DNA of 64,000 nucleotides from an uncultured Akkermansia sp. (GTDB lineage Bacteria; Verrucomicrobiota; Kiritimatiellia; RFP12; JAAYNR01): NCBI GenBank assembly GCA_964506575.1, contig CAZDLY010000008.1, positions 20 to 64,019 of the forward strand, read 5' to 3'. Shown piece by piece: positions 35,188 to 44,589 of this stretch (position 1 is its first letter; each line of letters starts with the position of its first letter). The notes under the pieces were generated by a model. It saw only the letters and a program-made list of their open reading frames with translations, ran no database searches and was not told where the DNA came from. The position numbers and the translations under genes were made by a program.

Positions 35188-37389
35188 TCAGGTCAGATTA
35201 CGAATTTTTCTTATCATCCATTCTAATACCAGGGAGAACATTAACATAGCGAGAATTATCCAGCGTTGCCAGAAAGTTCGATATTTGGCGATCTCCTGCT
35301 TGAGTTGCCTGGGATCCAATGAAGTCAGCATACGATTCAGATCGGCTGCTGACTCAAAGAATGCGCCGTCGCTACTCGCCGTTATCGCCTTGAGGGTCTC
35401 CAGATCCGGCGGGCGGGGTGTTGATTCAGGCGAATAGGGTTTCACCGAAAAATAAGCGGGCTCGGATTCACTCCGCCGTCCCTGGATCGCCGAGAACGCC
35501 GTCACAGCGTACATGCCAGGCTCCTCGCCCTTGAATTTCATGCTGGTGGCGGGAACCATCTTCCCTGCGAGAGCCTGAACCGTCTGGCTGGCCAAAGAGA
35601 AGGGCATCTTCTTTTTATTGGGGTAGGTGATCTCCGCGGTGACAACCGTCCCGGTAGGCGGCATCTCTTCGCCGATCCAGCGGGCGGTGACTTCAATCTC
35701 TTCGCCCAGAAAACACGCTTCACGATCCAGGAATATATCCCACTGTTTTCCCTCCACAGCATCAGCCTTTGGCGAGAGCCAGGAGAGCAGCTGGTGCCAG
35801 AAACGGGGATAGGGCTTGTTCTTCGTGGCATCCGCGCTCAACTGCCACTTCCACAGGGAATCCGAGAAGATCGCCACGACCTTGCCCTGACCAAAATCCT
35901 GGGCCAATATCATGGGTTGTGCTCCGTGATCAGTCTGGGCTTCAACCAGCACCCTGGCAGCGGCCGAGGGTGTCACGCCTTGAAACAGAGAAAGCACCGA
36001 GGGGACCTTGTTCCAGAATTCCGCGTCCCCCCCGAAGGCCGCATGGGAACGCCCCTGATCGGTCAGGGCTACCCGATACTCTCCTTCCACAGCTTTTGCG
36101 CCGAATCTCAACGCGGGAATGAGCGTTTTCAGGGGCGTTTTCACAAAGCCGTCCTGTGCCCAACCCTTGCTGCCACCCAGCAGGACGAGGCTCCCGCCCA
36201 TCTCCACGAATTTCACCAGTGCCCGCGCCCGGTCGTCGCCCAGTTCTTCTCCGCTCAGGTTGCCCAGCACCACGATTTTGTACAGCGACAGCCGGACTTC
36301 ATCCATGTCCGGCGCGACATCCTGATTCACGCCGTAGGTCATGAACTTGCCTTTCGGACCCTTCAGAAAAATGGCCGGGCTGACCAGCTTGCTCTCGCGC
36401 AGGACACGGGAGAGGTATTTAGACTCCCACCGAGGCGCGCCCTCCACATACATCAGGCGGTTCTTGGCATCCTGCACCTGCACCACGATGGAGGATTCGT
36501 TGTCAGAGGTCTGCGTCTCCCCGGGTAACTTCGGTAGAACAACACGATAGGTGTTGACTCCCACCGCTTGGTGATCCAGCCTGAACACCACCTCCCGGTT
36601 ACCGCCGCCTTCAGGAATTTGAGTCTCTATTTCCTGTTGTGGCGCATCATCCTTAAACAGCTTGACTGGAAAAGGTTTGCCCTTGGTCCCCTGTCCCGAG
36701 ACCACGATCTTCAATTCCGACTGCCATCCAACCGTCACACGATGAGGTGTGCTAAGCGTTTCAACGCGGATGTCCGGTTCATCCTCCCAGCTCACATCTT
36801 TTTCCAACGGCAGGGAGTAGACCGGGAACGGCCGTTTTTCCATCGCCCACTCCTTGAACGCCTCCCGCGTGTCCAGACCGTCGCTGAGCAACAGGCAACC
36901 CGCCACATCCATCCCCGCATAACGCCCCGCTGTTTTTCTCAGCGCGTCACGCAACTGGGTTGCGCTGCCGTCCGGCTTCAACGACTCGCACTCCTTCAAT
37001 GCCACTTTCGGACTGACCTCCTCGGCAAAGGCGTAAAAGTCGATTTCGAACATATTTTCCATGCTCGCAGTCCACGGCATCTGGAGCACCGACTGCGCCA
37101 CCTGCCAGCGATTGGTTGTCTTCTCGCCGCGTGTCATCGTCATGCTTTGGGACTTGTCCAGCAGCACGATAAAACGGGGCTTCATCTGAATGGTCTCAAC
37201 CGTCCGTTCACCGGGCATCAGCAGACACCACCCCAACAGCAGAAAGAACACGGTCCGTAACACGACCATCAGAGCCTGGATCCAATCCCGCTTGACAAAA
37301 AACCAATACCCGGCAACGGTAACCGCCAGGGCCGTCAGAACACCTGCCGCAATCATCACGGTTGGCACGATATGGTCGTAAATGATCAC
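35188..37389 (-). CDS. membrane protein with vWA-like (MIDAS DxSxS) domain and putative GATase1-like domain
   Basis: Has N-terminal TM helices, then PRFIVLLDKSQSMTM (DxSxS). Later, IVVLGNLSGEELGDDRARALVKFVEMGGSLVLLGG is typical of the class-I amidotransferase-like domain seen in BatA-operon proteins. Overlaps the upstream gene by 4 nt. Confidence 0.6.
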   Translation of the reverse strand: MIIYDHIVPTVMIAAGVLTALAVTVAGYWFFVKRDWIQALMVVLRTVFFLLLGWCLLMPGERTVETIQMKPRFIVLLDKSQSMTMTRGEKTTNRWQVAQSVLQMPWTASMENMFEIDFYAFAEEVSPKVALKECESLKPDGSATQLRDALRKTAGRYAGMDVAGCLLLSDGLDTREAFKEWAMEKRPFPVYSLPLEKDVSWEDEPDIRVETLSTPHRVTVGWQSELKIVVSGQGTKGKPFPVKLFKDDAPQQEIETQIPEGGGNREVVFRLDHQAVGVNTYRVVLPKLPGETQTSDNESSIVVQVQDAKNRLMYVEGAPRWESKYLSRVLRESKLVSPAIFLKGPKGKFMTYGVNQDVAPDMDEVRLSLYKIVVLGNLSGEELGDDRARALVKFVEMGGSLVLLGGSKGWAQDGFVKTPLKTLIPALRFGAKAVEGEYRVALTDQGRSHAAFGGDAEFWNKVPSVLSLFQGVTPSAAARVLVEAQTDHGAQPMILAQDFGQGKVVAIFSDSLWKWQLSADATKNKPYPRFWHQLLSWLSPKADAVEGKQWDIFLDREACFLGEEIEVTARWIGEEMPPTGTVVTAEITYPNKKKMPFSLASQTVQALAGKMVPATSMKFKGEEPGMYAVTAFSAIQGRRSESEPAYFSVKPYSPESTPRPPDLETLKAITASSDGAFFESAADLNRMLTSLDPRQLKQEIAKYRTFWQRWIILAMLMFSLVLEWMIRKIRNLT

Positions 37390-39584
37390 GCTTGCTTTTC
37401 CTTCACCCTGCCCGAGGGATCAATCGTCAGCCCATCCGTCAATTTGGAGTTCTTCCGCAGGAGAAAATTGGCGTAGAACACCTCTGCGATAGCGACCAGC
37501 AGGGCCAGCCACAACAGCGACTCGCTTAAGGACTGGCCGACGCGGAAATCCTCCAGCTGCTTCATCAGATCATCCTTGCCGATCGCCACATGCAACGCGG
37601 AAATCCCGAGGATATCAGGAATGTCCTGCTGCCTCACGGGCGTAAGATCCGATTCCGTACGCGGAATGTTGAAGGCCAGCGCCAGCTTGGCGGACCCTCC
37701 GCCCGGGGTGTTCATCGTGTAGAACCCCGGTTTCGTCAGCCCTTCCGCATAGATCTGCGTCCCCCCTTCAACCACGGTGCTTCGCAAAGTGACCGGTTTG
37801 CTGTCGGAGTCTTTGATCGTGCTTTCGTACGTGGCTTCCGGCAGGAATTCGGTCAGCAAGAGGCTCTCCGTCGTCCATAGATACGGCTGTCCGGCACCGA
37901 CGCCGGCTGCATATTGCGTGAGCTGATGCATCAGCGGCAGAAAGAACGGAGAAAGCGGAAAGTCGCTCCAGGTGCGGTCTGCGGACACGGTGAACAACAC
38001 CACAGCGCCATGCCCATGGGGCCGAAGCAGCAGAAAAGGATCGCCGGAACCTGTCGATACAAGCGTCTCCGCCCTCTCTTTCAGCGCCGGGCATTTGAGC
38101 TGTCGTTTGATCACGATGCTGGGAGCCGTCTCCTCCTTCACGAGGCCCCGTAAAACGGGATGTTGGGGCTTATCCCAGGTCAACAGGCGTCTGCGGTTTG
38201 TCGCCGGCAATTCGATGAACGACTGTGGCTCCGCCGGCAGGCTCGCCCAGTTGGCATAGTCTGACAGCGCAACGCGGTCACCCGGAAATATCACCAGCAA
38301 GCCACCGCCCGCCACATAATTTTCGAATAGCTGAATCTGCTGCCCCGGCAGTGCTGTCGCGTTGCACAGGAAGACGCAGGAGTAGGCTGCGAGGTTTTCT
38401 CCGGCGAGAGCCTCCGGCCGCGAGACCTTTGCGTCAATGGGCGAAACACCATCGGCACTTGCGCCAAAGACCGCTTTCAGGAAGAGGATGCTATCCGGCT
38501 CGCCGACGCACAGAACCGGCAATTTCTCACGGACACGGACAAGACAATAAAACGGGTCGTCGTCCGGAAGGCTGTCCGCGGGTGTCTCAACCCGTACCGC
38601 GTGGACGCCGCCGCTCAGGAGCGGAAGCATGAACTGCACCTGCGTCACAGTCGCATCATTCAGCTTCACGGAACGCCGGGTCACTTCCTGGTTGTCCACG
38701 ATAATCGAAACCGCCGTGTCGAGCGGGGGTCCATTATGAAGCAGACTGGCTGTCACCTGGCAGGGGATTTCCGTGGTAATCAGTTTGGGATCCAACGCGA
38801 TATCCGTGACCGCCGCATTATTGGGTTCAGGAGTACCGAGGAGCGTGACAAAACAGGTGGTATTGTCACGGACCTTTTGGGGATCCCAGGCGTTCTCGCC
38901 GGTTTCACTCGGGACGGATGAGGCCACGGTATTGGTGGGGGTCGCTCCCTTTCTGAAACTGCCCCAGGGCAACAGCTGAAAATCCGAAATGATATGCAAC
39001 TCACGTTCACCGCGGCGCGCATCCTGCTCCAAGGCATCCAATGCGGCAATTGTGGCCGGGCACAGACGCGATGAGCCCGTCGGCAGCGGAAGCGCCCTGA
39101 GGCGCGTAGCCGCCTCCTCTTTCTTTCCAGTCAGCTGCTCGAAGACAGGGGTCACATGATCACCTGCCAGATAAACGCAGAAACGATCTTTGTCCCCAAG
39201 CCCCTCGATAATGGCGGCGGCCAATTCCGTGGCCTGGCGCCATACAGCCTGCTGGTTCATCTGGTAGTTCATGCTGTAGGAGCCATCCATCACGATCGCG
39301 ACATCCCGCGCCGAACGGCTCACGAGATTGCCGAACTTTTTGGTGCGAACGATCGGCATCGCAAAGGCCAGCGCCAACAGGATCAGCAGCAAGGTCCGCA
39401 ACAGCCACAGCAGAAAATTCTCCATCTTGATCCGCCGTGAAGAGCGCTTCTGGGCCACCTTCAGGAAACGGACGGTACTGAACGGCAGACGCTTCGTCCG
39501 GCTGGACTGAATCAGGTGCAGAATCAGAGGGATCGAGGCCGCCGCCAAGGCCGCTAAGAATATGGGGGTCAGAAAAGAAATCAT
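37386..39584 (-). CDS. BatA-type protein: N-terminal double-TM aerotolerance-regulator domain + vWA domain
   Basis: MISFLTPIFLAALAAASIPLILHLIQSSRTKRLPFSTVRFL is the BatA_N / TIGR02226 signature. The vWA MIDAS motif is DVAIVMDGSYSM. Confidence 0.8.
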   Translation of the reverse strand: MISFLTPIFLAALAAASIPLILHLIQSSRTKRLPFSTVRFLKVAQKRSSRRIKMENFLLWLLRTLLLILLALAFAMPIVRTKKFGNLVSRSARDVAIVMDGSYSMNYQMNQQAVWRQATELAAAIIEGLGDKDRFCVYLAGDHVTPVFEQLTGKKEEAATRLRALPLPTGSSRLCPATIAALDALEQDARRGERELHIISDFQLLPWGSFRKGATPTNTVASSVPSETGENAWDPQKVRDNTTCFVTLLGTPEPNNAAVTDIALDPKLITTEIPCQVTASLLHNGPPLDTAVSIIVDNQEVTRRSVKLNDATVTQVQFMLPLLSGGVHAVRVETPADSLPDDDPFYCLVRVREKLPVLCVGEPDSILFLKAVFGASADGVSPIDAKVSRPEALAGENLAAYSCVFLCNATALPGQQIQLFENYVAGGGLLVIFPGDRVALSDYANWASLPAEPQSFIELPATNRRRLLTWDKPQHPVLRGLVKEETAPSIVIKRQLKCPALKERAETLVSTGSGDPFLLLRPHGHGAVVLFTVSADRTWSDFPLSPFFLPLMHQLTQYAAGVGAGQPYLWTTESLLLTEFLPEATYESTIKDSDSKPVTLRSTVVEGGTQIYAEGLTKPGFYTMNTPGGGSAKLALAFNIPRTESDLTPVRQQDIPDILGISALHVAIGKDDLMKQLEDFRVGQSLSESLLWLALLVAIAEVFYANFLLRKNSKLTDGLTIDPSGRVKEKQA

Positions 39585-39590
39585 ACGACG

Positions 39591-40544
39591 TTATCTTAAT
39601 CTCCGACGCTCTTCCAGATAGGCCCGAGCATAGGTCTCCACCGCCTGATCCGTCTTGACCAGCCTGTAGTCCACCTTCATGGCCTCGCACGACACGCGGT
39701 AATAGTCCAGAAACGCTCCGAATTCCTTCCGGTACTCCTTGGCCACCCCACGGGGGTCCACGGTCAGGAGCTCGCCGGTTTCCAAGTCTTCAAATTCATA
39801 TCCCTGTTTCAGGGAGAGGTCAATCTCCACCGGATCCAGGACGTGCAGGACAATCACGTCGTGCAGCCGTTTCCGGAAATGTGCAAGCGCCTGCACGATC
39901 TCCTTTTCATCGTCGAGCAAATCAGAAATCAGCACCACCAACGCACGCTTATGGATGGATTCGGCGATCTGATGCAACGTCTCCGCAGTATGGGTTGTGG
40001 AAGCCGGCTCCATCTCCTGCAGCCGCTTCAATGTGTCGTTCAGATGGTTGAAGGAATTGCGCGCATCCACCTTCATATCCATCTTGTCTGAATAGGTGAA
40101 CATCCCCACAGAGTCCCTGGCCTTGACAACCACATATCCCAAGGCGGCCGCCAGACGGCAGGCAAAGGTATACTTCGTGAGCGCTCCGCTGCCATACGCC
40201 ATGGAGTGGCTCCGGTCCAGAATGATATACACCCGGAGATTGGTTTCGTCTTCATACCGTTTGATGTAATAGCGATCCGTGCGCCCCAGCACTTTCCAAT
40301 CCAGACGCTTGGGGTCATCGCCCACGCCGTAGGCTTTGTGATCGGCAAACTCGGAACTGGCTCCTTTCAGAGGGCTCCGGTGCGTGCCGGAGAGGTTTCC
40401 CTCCACCACATAACGGGACTGTAGCACAATACGGCTGAGCTTGTGCATCTCTTCAGGATTAAGGAATGCCTGGATCCCTTCCTCCCTTGGCCTCTTCGAC
40501 ACCGGTGTGGCGTCGCGCCTCTTGACATTTATTTTTTTGGCCAT
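39591..40544 (-). CDS. DUF58 domain protein (vWA-like partner of MoxR)
   Basis: HRSPLKGASSEFADHKAYGVGDDPKRLDWKVLGRTDRYYIKRYEDETNLRVYIILDRSHSM is the canonical DUF58 block. Confidence 0.85.
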   Translation of the reverse strand: MAKKINVKRRDATPVSKRPREEGIQAFLNPEEMHKLSRIVLQSRYVVEGNLSGTHRSPLKGASSEFADHKAYGVGDDPKRLDWKVLGRTDRYYIKRYEDETNLRVYIILDRSHSMAYGSGALTKYTFACRLAAALGYVVVKARDSVGMFTYSDKMDMKVDARNSFNHLNDTLKRLQEMEPASTTHTAETLHQIAESIHKRALVVLISDLLDDEKEIVQALAHFRKRLHDVIVLHVLDPVEIDLSLKQGYEFEDLETGELLTVDPRGVAKEYRKEFGAFLDYYRVSCEAMKVDYRLVKTDQAVETYARAYLEERRRLR

Positions 40545-40571
40545 ACATGTACAATCTGCCGTTCACGCTCA

Positions 40572-41270
40572 CTAGTCGCGTTTCTCTTCATGCTTCTTGT
40601 AAATATCGAGTTTGTCGCGTTCCACTCTTTCCGCCTGGTCACGCTTGGCGATCTCCCCGAGCAGGTATTCCGCCCAACCGTCCTTGCCGAGTTTTTCGAT
40701 CATCTCTTTCTCGTTCGCGACGAGGTCCTGATCGCGTTTAGAGACATTCACGGCCTTCTTGCCTCCTGTAAAGGAATAGATGATCGCGGACGAATCCCGT
40801 TCAGAAAGCATCTCTTTGCCGACCTTGGGTGAAAGCAGGTCTTTATAGCGCACGATCACCGGGTTTAACACCATCTCCCGCTTAACCGGATCGGCACGCT
40901 CCACCACGCCAAGCACGGCAACAGCATCCCCGACCTGTGTGGCCGGTTCTTTCTGCAGAACCGACAATGAAATACTTTTTTGGACCAGAAAGCTCACCTG
41001 CATGCCGGAGCTCGGCTCACGGGTCTTCAAAAAGATAACCGGTGCGCCATTCGTGTTAGATTGCCTGAGCTCAAGCACGTGAAGATACCTGAAAGAATGA
41101 TTCTTGCCAACTCCCTCGGCGATGATCGTTTGGCGCTCGGCTGGCGTCTTCGCCTCGACCAGCCTGAGCGCGTATTCGTTTCCGTTCGGAACAGCGGCAC
41201 CACGGGCCGAGAACCCCGGCAACACACTCAACACGGTCACAGCCGTATAGAGCGCTGAAAAATATTTCAT
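40572..41270 (-). CDS. exported hypothetical protein
   Basis: Has a signal peptide (MKYFSALYTAVTVLSVLPGFSA) and a Lys/Glu-rich C-terminal tail. No recognisable family. Confidence 0.5.
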   Translation of the reverse strand: MKYFSALYTAVTVLSVLPGFSARGAAVPNGNEYALRLVEAKTPAERQTIIAEGVGKNHSFRYLHVLELRQSNTNGAPVIFLKTREPSSGMQVSFLVQKSISLSVLQKEPATQVGDAVAVLGVVERADPVKREMVLNPVIVRYKDLLSPKVGKEMLSERDSSAIIYSFTGGKKAVNVSKRDQDLVANEKEMIEKLGKDGWAEYLLGEIAKRDQAERVERDKLDIYKKHEEKRD

Positions 41271-41280
41271 GCCCACCCCA

Positions 41281-42591
41281 TCACTGCGTTACGGAATACA
41301 TCAAAATGTTCTGTCCCAACCGCTGGGAGCTCACATCATCATATCCCCTGGAATAAGGACTCTGTGACATCTCCCAGCCCCCCGCCATGCCATACGGGCT
41401 GTAAATCACAGCCATGTGTCCATTCACTTCCACGCCCTCCAGGTGGGGACTGGTAACCGCCGTACCCAGAGCCTGCTGCAACACGGGCGTCACCCCGACC
41501 CTTTGGATATCGTTCGGCATCGAAAAAATCACATTATTCCGGGGAATGTCCCGCAGAGGCGAACCGGGGAACAGCTCAGCCATGATTTTACGGAACGCCA
41601 AATCAAACCCCTTGCGGCCGCAACAGGCCTCGGCCAGCAGAAAGCCGCCGTTATCAAGATACTTCTTCAGTTGTACCGCCTCGTCCTTGTTCAACGTGAA
41701 GAACTCGTGACCGGTCAGATACAGGAACGGCGCGTTGAAGACGTCGGCATCCGTAAGCCGCAGCTCTTTGACCGTGTATTTCACCGGCACGTCCGTCTTC
41801 AGATTGAAGGTCTGCAAAATCACGGACAACCCCGCATGCCGCGTCTTCCAGACGCCATCATAAATCACCTGCACCAGCGCAACCTTGTCGGCACTCGACT
41901 CCGGCTTGTCAACAAACTTAATGGCATGCGCCTGGCTTTTGGCCCATGCGCGCATGGCTGAAGAATACGAGAAGATGTTCACGCCGAGCTTCTTGGCAGA
42001 CTCCGGCTCATACGCCTGATACTCCGGCAGGACTTTGTCCTCCCATCCGATGGCCATGCACCACCGCGAGACGAGCGCCACAACGCGACAATTAATCTCC
42101 ACGGCGTCAAACCAGGGCTCATCGCCGATATAGCCTGCTTTTTTGACACCCGGACAATACTTGACATGATCCAGGTCATAGTAGGAATGGAAAAGCGGGT
42201 GATCCGAGGAGAGCCGCTGGATGGGCTGCTCCGGAAAAATTTTAGCCAACTCCCTGATTGCGGAACGGTAGAAGGGCGCCGACCCCAAACCGGTGTTATA
42301 GATGATCATGCCGCCGGCCAGCGCATATTCGCGGATTTGTTTGCGTTGCGCATCCGTGTAGGAAAAATTGTAATGGCCTGAACGGAACAGGATCGGATTC
42401 TTCGCCGGATCACTCGAAACTTCACTCAGCGTGGCTACCTGCGAACTGTAGTTTACATCGATCATGTCCTTCATGCTTTTCAGCAGATTGTTCACGTCAT
42501 TTGGCGTTGCATTCCAGTCGCGATCATCCTGCGATGATACCGGCAACACCACCACCATCAACCAGAAAACGCCAAAGAGACCGCTTTTCAT
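41281..42591 (-). CDS. exported protein with two tandem DUF4159-like domains
   Basis: There are two copies of the pattern 'P(I/F)L(F/Y)..GH..F..(T/N)..(Q/E)...(I/L)(R/K).Y(A/L)..GG(M/F)...' (NPILFRSGHYNFSYTDAQRKQIREYALAGGMIIY and APFLYLTGHEFFTLNKDEAVQLKKYLDNGGFLLAE). Each is followed by ...ELFP... and a signal peptide is present. Confidence 0.65.
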   Translation of the reverse strand: MKSGLFGVFWLMVVVLPVSSQDDRDWNATPNDVNNLLKSMKDMIDVNYSSQVATLSEVSSDPAKNPILFRSGHYNFSYTDAQRKQIREYALAGGMIIYNTGLGSAPFYRSAIRELAKIFPEQPIQRLSSDHPLFHSYYDLDHVKYCPGVKKAGYIGDEPWFDAVEINCRVVALVSRWCMAIGWEDKVLPEYQAYEPESAKKLGVNIFSYSSAMRAWAKSQAHAIKFVDKPESSADKVALVQVIYDGVWKTRHAGLSVILQTFNLKTDVPVKYTVKELRLTDADVFNAPFLYLTGHEFFTLNKDEAVQLKKYLDNGGFLLAEACCGRKGFDLAFRKIMAELFPGSPLRDIPRNNVIFSMPNDIQRVGVTPVLQQALGTAVTSPHLEGVEVNGHMAVIYSPYGMAGGWEMSQSPYSRGYDDVSSQRLGQNILMYSVTQ

Positions 42592-42637
42592 AAGACCTTT
42601 CCCCTATCAACCACTCGACAGTCGTTCGACCCAGGGA

Positions 42638-42952
42638 TTACTTGTCTTTCTTCTCTTCCTTCGGCGGCTGAACGGCTTCGGCCTTCAGCTTGATAATGAG
42701 CGCCGGCGGCTGCGGCGGTTTCTTAGCTTCGGTTCGCGCCTGGGCCGTGACCGGACAGCAGCAACATGGATCAGTCGTCTCCGCCGAAGAAATGGTACGG
42801 GGCGGTGCCGGAGGCGGTTGCCGCTCCTTGGGAGGCGGCACAAAACCGGGCTCGTCAGAGCCATCACCACCTGCCAAGACGGTTCCCATGCACAGAGTGG
42901 TGGCAAGAAAAGCCACTCCCGCCGTCACCACCGTATGAGCTTCTTTTTTCAT
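42638..42952 (-). CDS. small (104 aa) N-terminally anchored/exported Pro-rich protein with CCCC motif
   Basis: An AAGGGAG RBS lies 7 nt before the ATG. The sequence is MKKEAHTVVTAGVAFLATTLCMGTVLAGG...PPPKERQPPPAPP...TTDPCCCCPVTAQ...KPPQPP...KEEKKDK. A near-consensus promoter lies about 110 nt upstream. Confidence 0.65.
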   Translation of the reverse strand: MKKEAHTVVTAGVAFLATTLCMGTVLAGGDGSDEPGFVPPPKERQPPPAPPRTISSAETTDPCCCCPVTAQARTEAKKPPQPPALIIKLKAEAVQPPKEEKKDK

Positions 42953-43069
42953 AAATACTCCCTTCCTCAGAGCGCCGAGTTCTTCGGCTATTTGCGGCTG
43001 CCTGACCTCGCCCGTACAGCACACTGCCGAACTGAAGCAGCGACGGTACATCCTAACTTACTGGCTCTC

Positions 43070-43099
43070 ATTATACGGGGGGGATGTGAAAAGGGTCAA
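43070..43099 (-). promoter_or_regulatory. near-consensus sigma70 promoter (TTGACC-18-TATAAT) with upstream T-rich UP-like tract
   Basis: The minus strand reads TTTTCTTTTTTTGGGC-TTGACC-cttttcacatcccccccg-TATAAT. The -35 is at 43094-43099 and the -10 at 43070-43075. It drives the small Cys-rich ORF and probably the downstream operon. Confidence 0.65.
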
Positions 43100-43234
43100 G
43101 CCCAAAAAAAGAAAATCTTTGTCTGCCTCTTTCGCCTTTCCTCGCACTGAACTGCCGCCCCCCCCTGTCGCTAACCGATTACCAAGCCCAATTCCAGCCA
43201 TTCTTTTCATGATTATTTGCAGAACGCTCCCCAA

Positions 43235-44521
43235 TCAGAAACTTTTGTTCGATGCCCCGCCGGCGGATGGCTCTCCCTCAGCCGCATCATAAGAGCGCAA
43301 AATATCGGTGCGGTTGTATTGTCGGAACAATATGCGGCTTTCCGCCGGATAGTATGGCAGGACATCTGAATAACCGGGAACCACAACTTCAATCACCGGA
43401 AAATCAATCTCCGGATCCGTAAAATCAATCACATAGCAATCCTTGCCCAGCTTCTCAAAGAGCTCTTTGGCCTTCGCGATGTCCTGAAGGCAATCTTCGA
43501 ACTTCTCGCCTTGCCGGAATGGCACCATCGGCCCCTCTTTCAAAAAGGCAGCCGTCCTCTGCGGAACAAATCCGAACATGAACGCAGACAGATAATTATC
43601 GCCGTCATCCGCAATACACTTGAGCGCGCGCAGATCATGCTTCAGGACCCGTTCCTGATCCGCCTGGGAGCCATCAATGAACTCGTCCGCCATTCGCCCC
43701 TGCGCATACTCGGTGAAGATCCGGAGCAACGCATCCTCCAGATTGAACCCGGTGCCTACTTTGAAGAAGTGATGGAACTGATAGTCCTCGGGGATGTTGG
43801 GGTCCCAAAAATAAGCGCCGACACACGGCAGCTCGCCGCCGAAGGTCAGATCCTTGATATAAATGTCGATCCCTTTGCTTCTCACAAATGCCATCTGCTC
43901 CCGGATGACCGGATGCGTGATCGTCTCCCTGTCAATCGTCGGCATCACCAGCTTCTGTTTCAGGACGGTAATATGAACCCGCCGTTCGAAGACCTCGTCA
44001 ATCGCATGAACAACCGCCTCTTCACGGCGGTTGCCTGCCGCCATACCGCTGGGCCCACTTATCCGCCGGACACATTCAATGGGGATCTTTGCCGTTTTCC
44101 CCGTGATCAGTGAAAATCCGTCCACCCAGAACATCGCGATGTCGGTCTGCTTGATCTTCTCAATAGTTTCCTTCGATACCGCGACATGCGGGAGCATCTG
44201 CTCGATGCCCACCGCATCGGGAATCGTCGACTGATGCCCCACCATATACCCCGGCAATTCGGTGTGCTCCTTCGATGCCACCCACTCCGCACACTCGGCA
44301 AGCGCCCCCGCTTTCGCCTGCAGGGGTGTGATCCCCTTGCCCATGGAACGGAACTCCAAGTCGTCAATGTACAAGGCAGACCAGAAGAGCCGGTCCGAGA
44401 CCCGGGTCTCAAAAAGGCGGTATTCGTAACGGGCGCCGATCACAGCTTCAAGTCGCTCGACGGTCTCTTCCAGCGGCACGCAGCGTCCAAACTCCAGTTT
44501 TTTGCATGATTCCAGTTTCAT
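43235..44521 (-). CDS. YcaO-domain protein (standalone, ~428 aa)
   Basis: SMGKGITPLQAKAGALAECAEWVAS and GPSGMAAGNRREEAVVHAIDEVFERR match the conserved YcaO ATP-binding/active-site blocks. No E1-like, Ocin-ThiF or TfuA partner is recognisable nearby. Confidence 0.8.
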   Translation of the reverse strand: MKLESCKKLEFGRCVPLEETVERLEAVIGARYEYRLFETRVSDRLFWSALYIDDLEFRSMGKGITPLQAKAGALAECAEWVASKEHTELPGYMVGHQSTIPDAVGIEQMLPHVAVSKETIEKIKQTDIAMFWVDGFSLITGKTAKIPIECVRRISGPSGMAAGNRREEAVVHAIDEVFERRVHITVLKQKLVMPTIDRETITHPVIREQMAFVRSKGIDIYIKDLTFGGELPCVGAYFWDPNIPEDYQFHHFFKVGTGFNLEDALLRIFTEYAQGRMADEFIDGSQADQERVLKHDLRALKCIADDGDNYLSAFMFGFVPQRTAAFLKEGPMVPFRQGEKFEDCLQDIAKAKELFEKLGKDCYVIDFTDPEIDFPVIEVVVPGYSDVLPYYPAESRILFRQYNRTDILRSYDAAEGEPSAGGASNKSF

Positions 44522-44589
44522 ATCACGCGATTAGAGCTTCATCCTCTGACATCCCACGCAAACGATCTCCTTCATTCAACACGCCGTCG

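Noticed and set aside
42953-43051. The upstream ATG (43051) giving a 137-aa version of the small Cys-rich ORF (MYRRCFSSAVCCTGE...).
   Set aside because: That ATG would lie only ~10 nt from the predicted TSS and has no properly spaced RBS. The ATG at 42952 has AAGGGAG at ideal spacing and begins a typical MKK-hydrophobic N-terminus.
44522-44589. An 8-codon mini-ORF (GTG GGA TGT CAG AGG ATG AAG CTC TAA) after a GAAGGAG in the spacer upstream of YcaO, considered as a possible leader peptide or precursor.
   Set aside because: It is far too short, and nothing but an RBS-like hexamer supports it. I could not find any conservation argument from the sequence alone.
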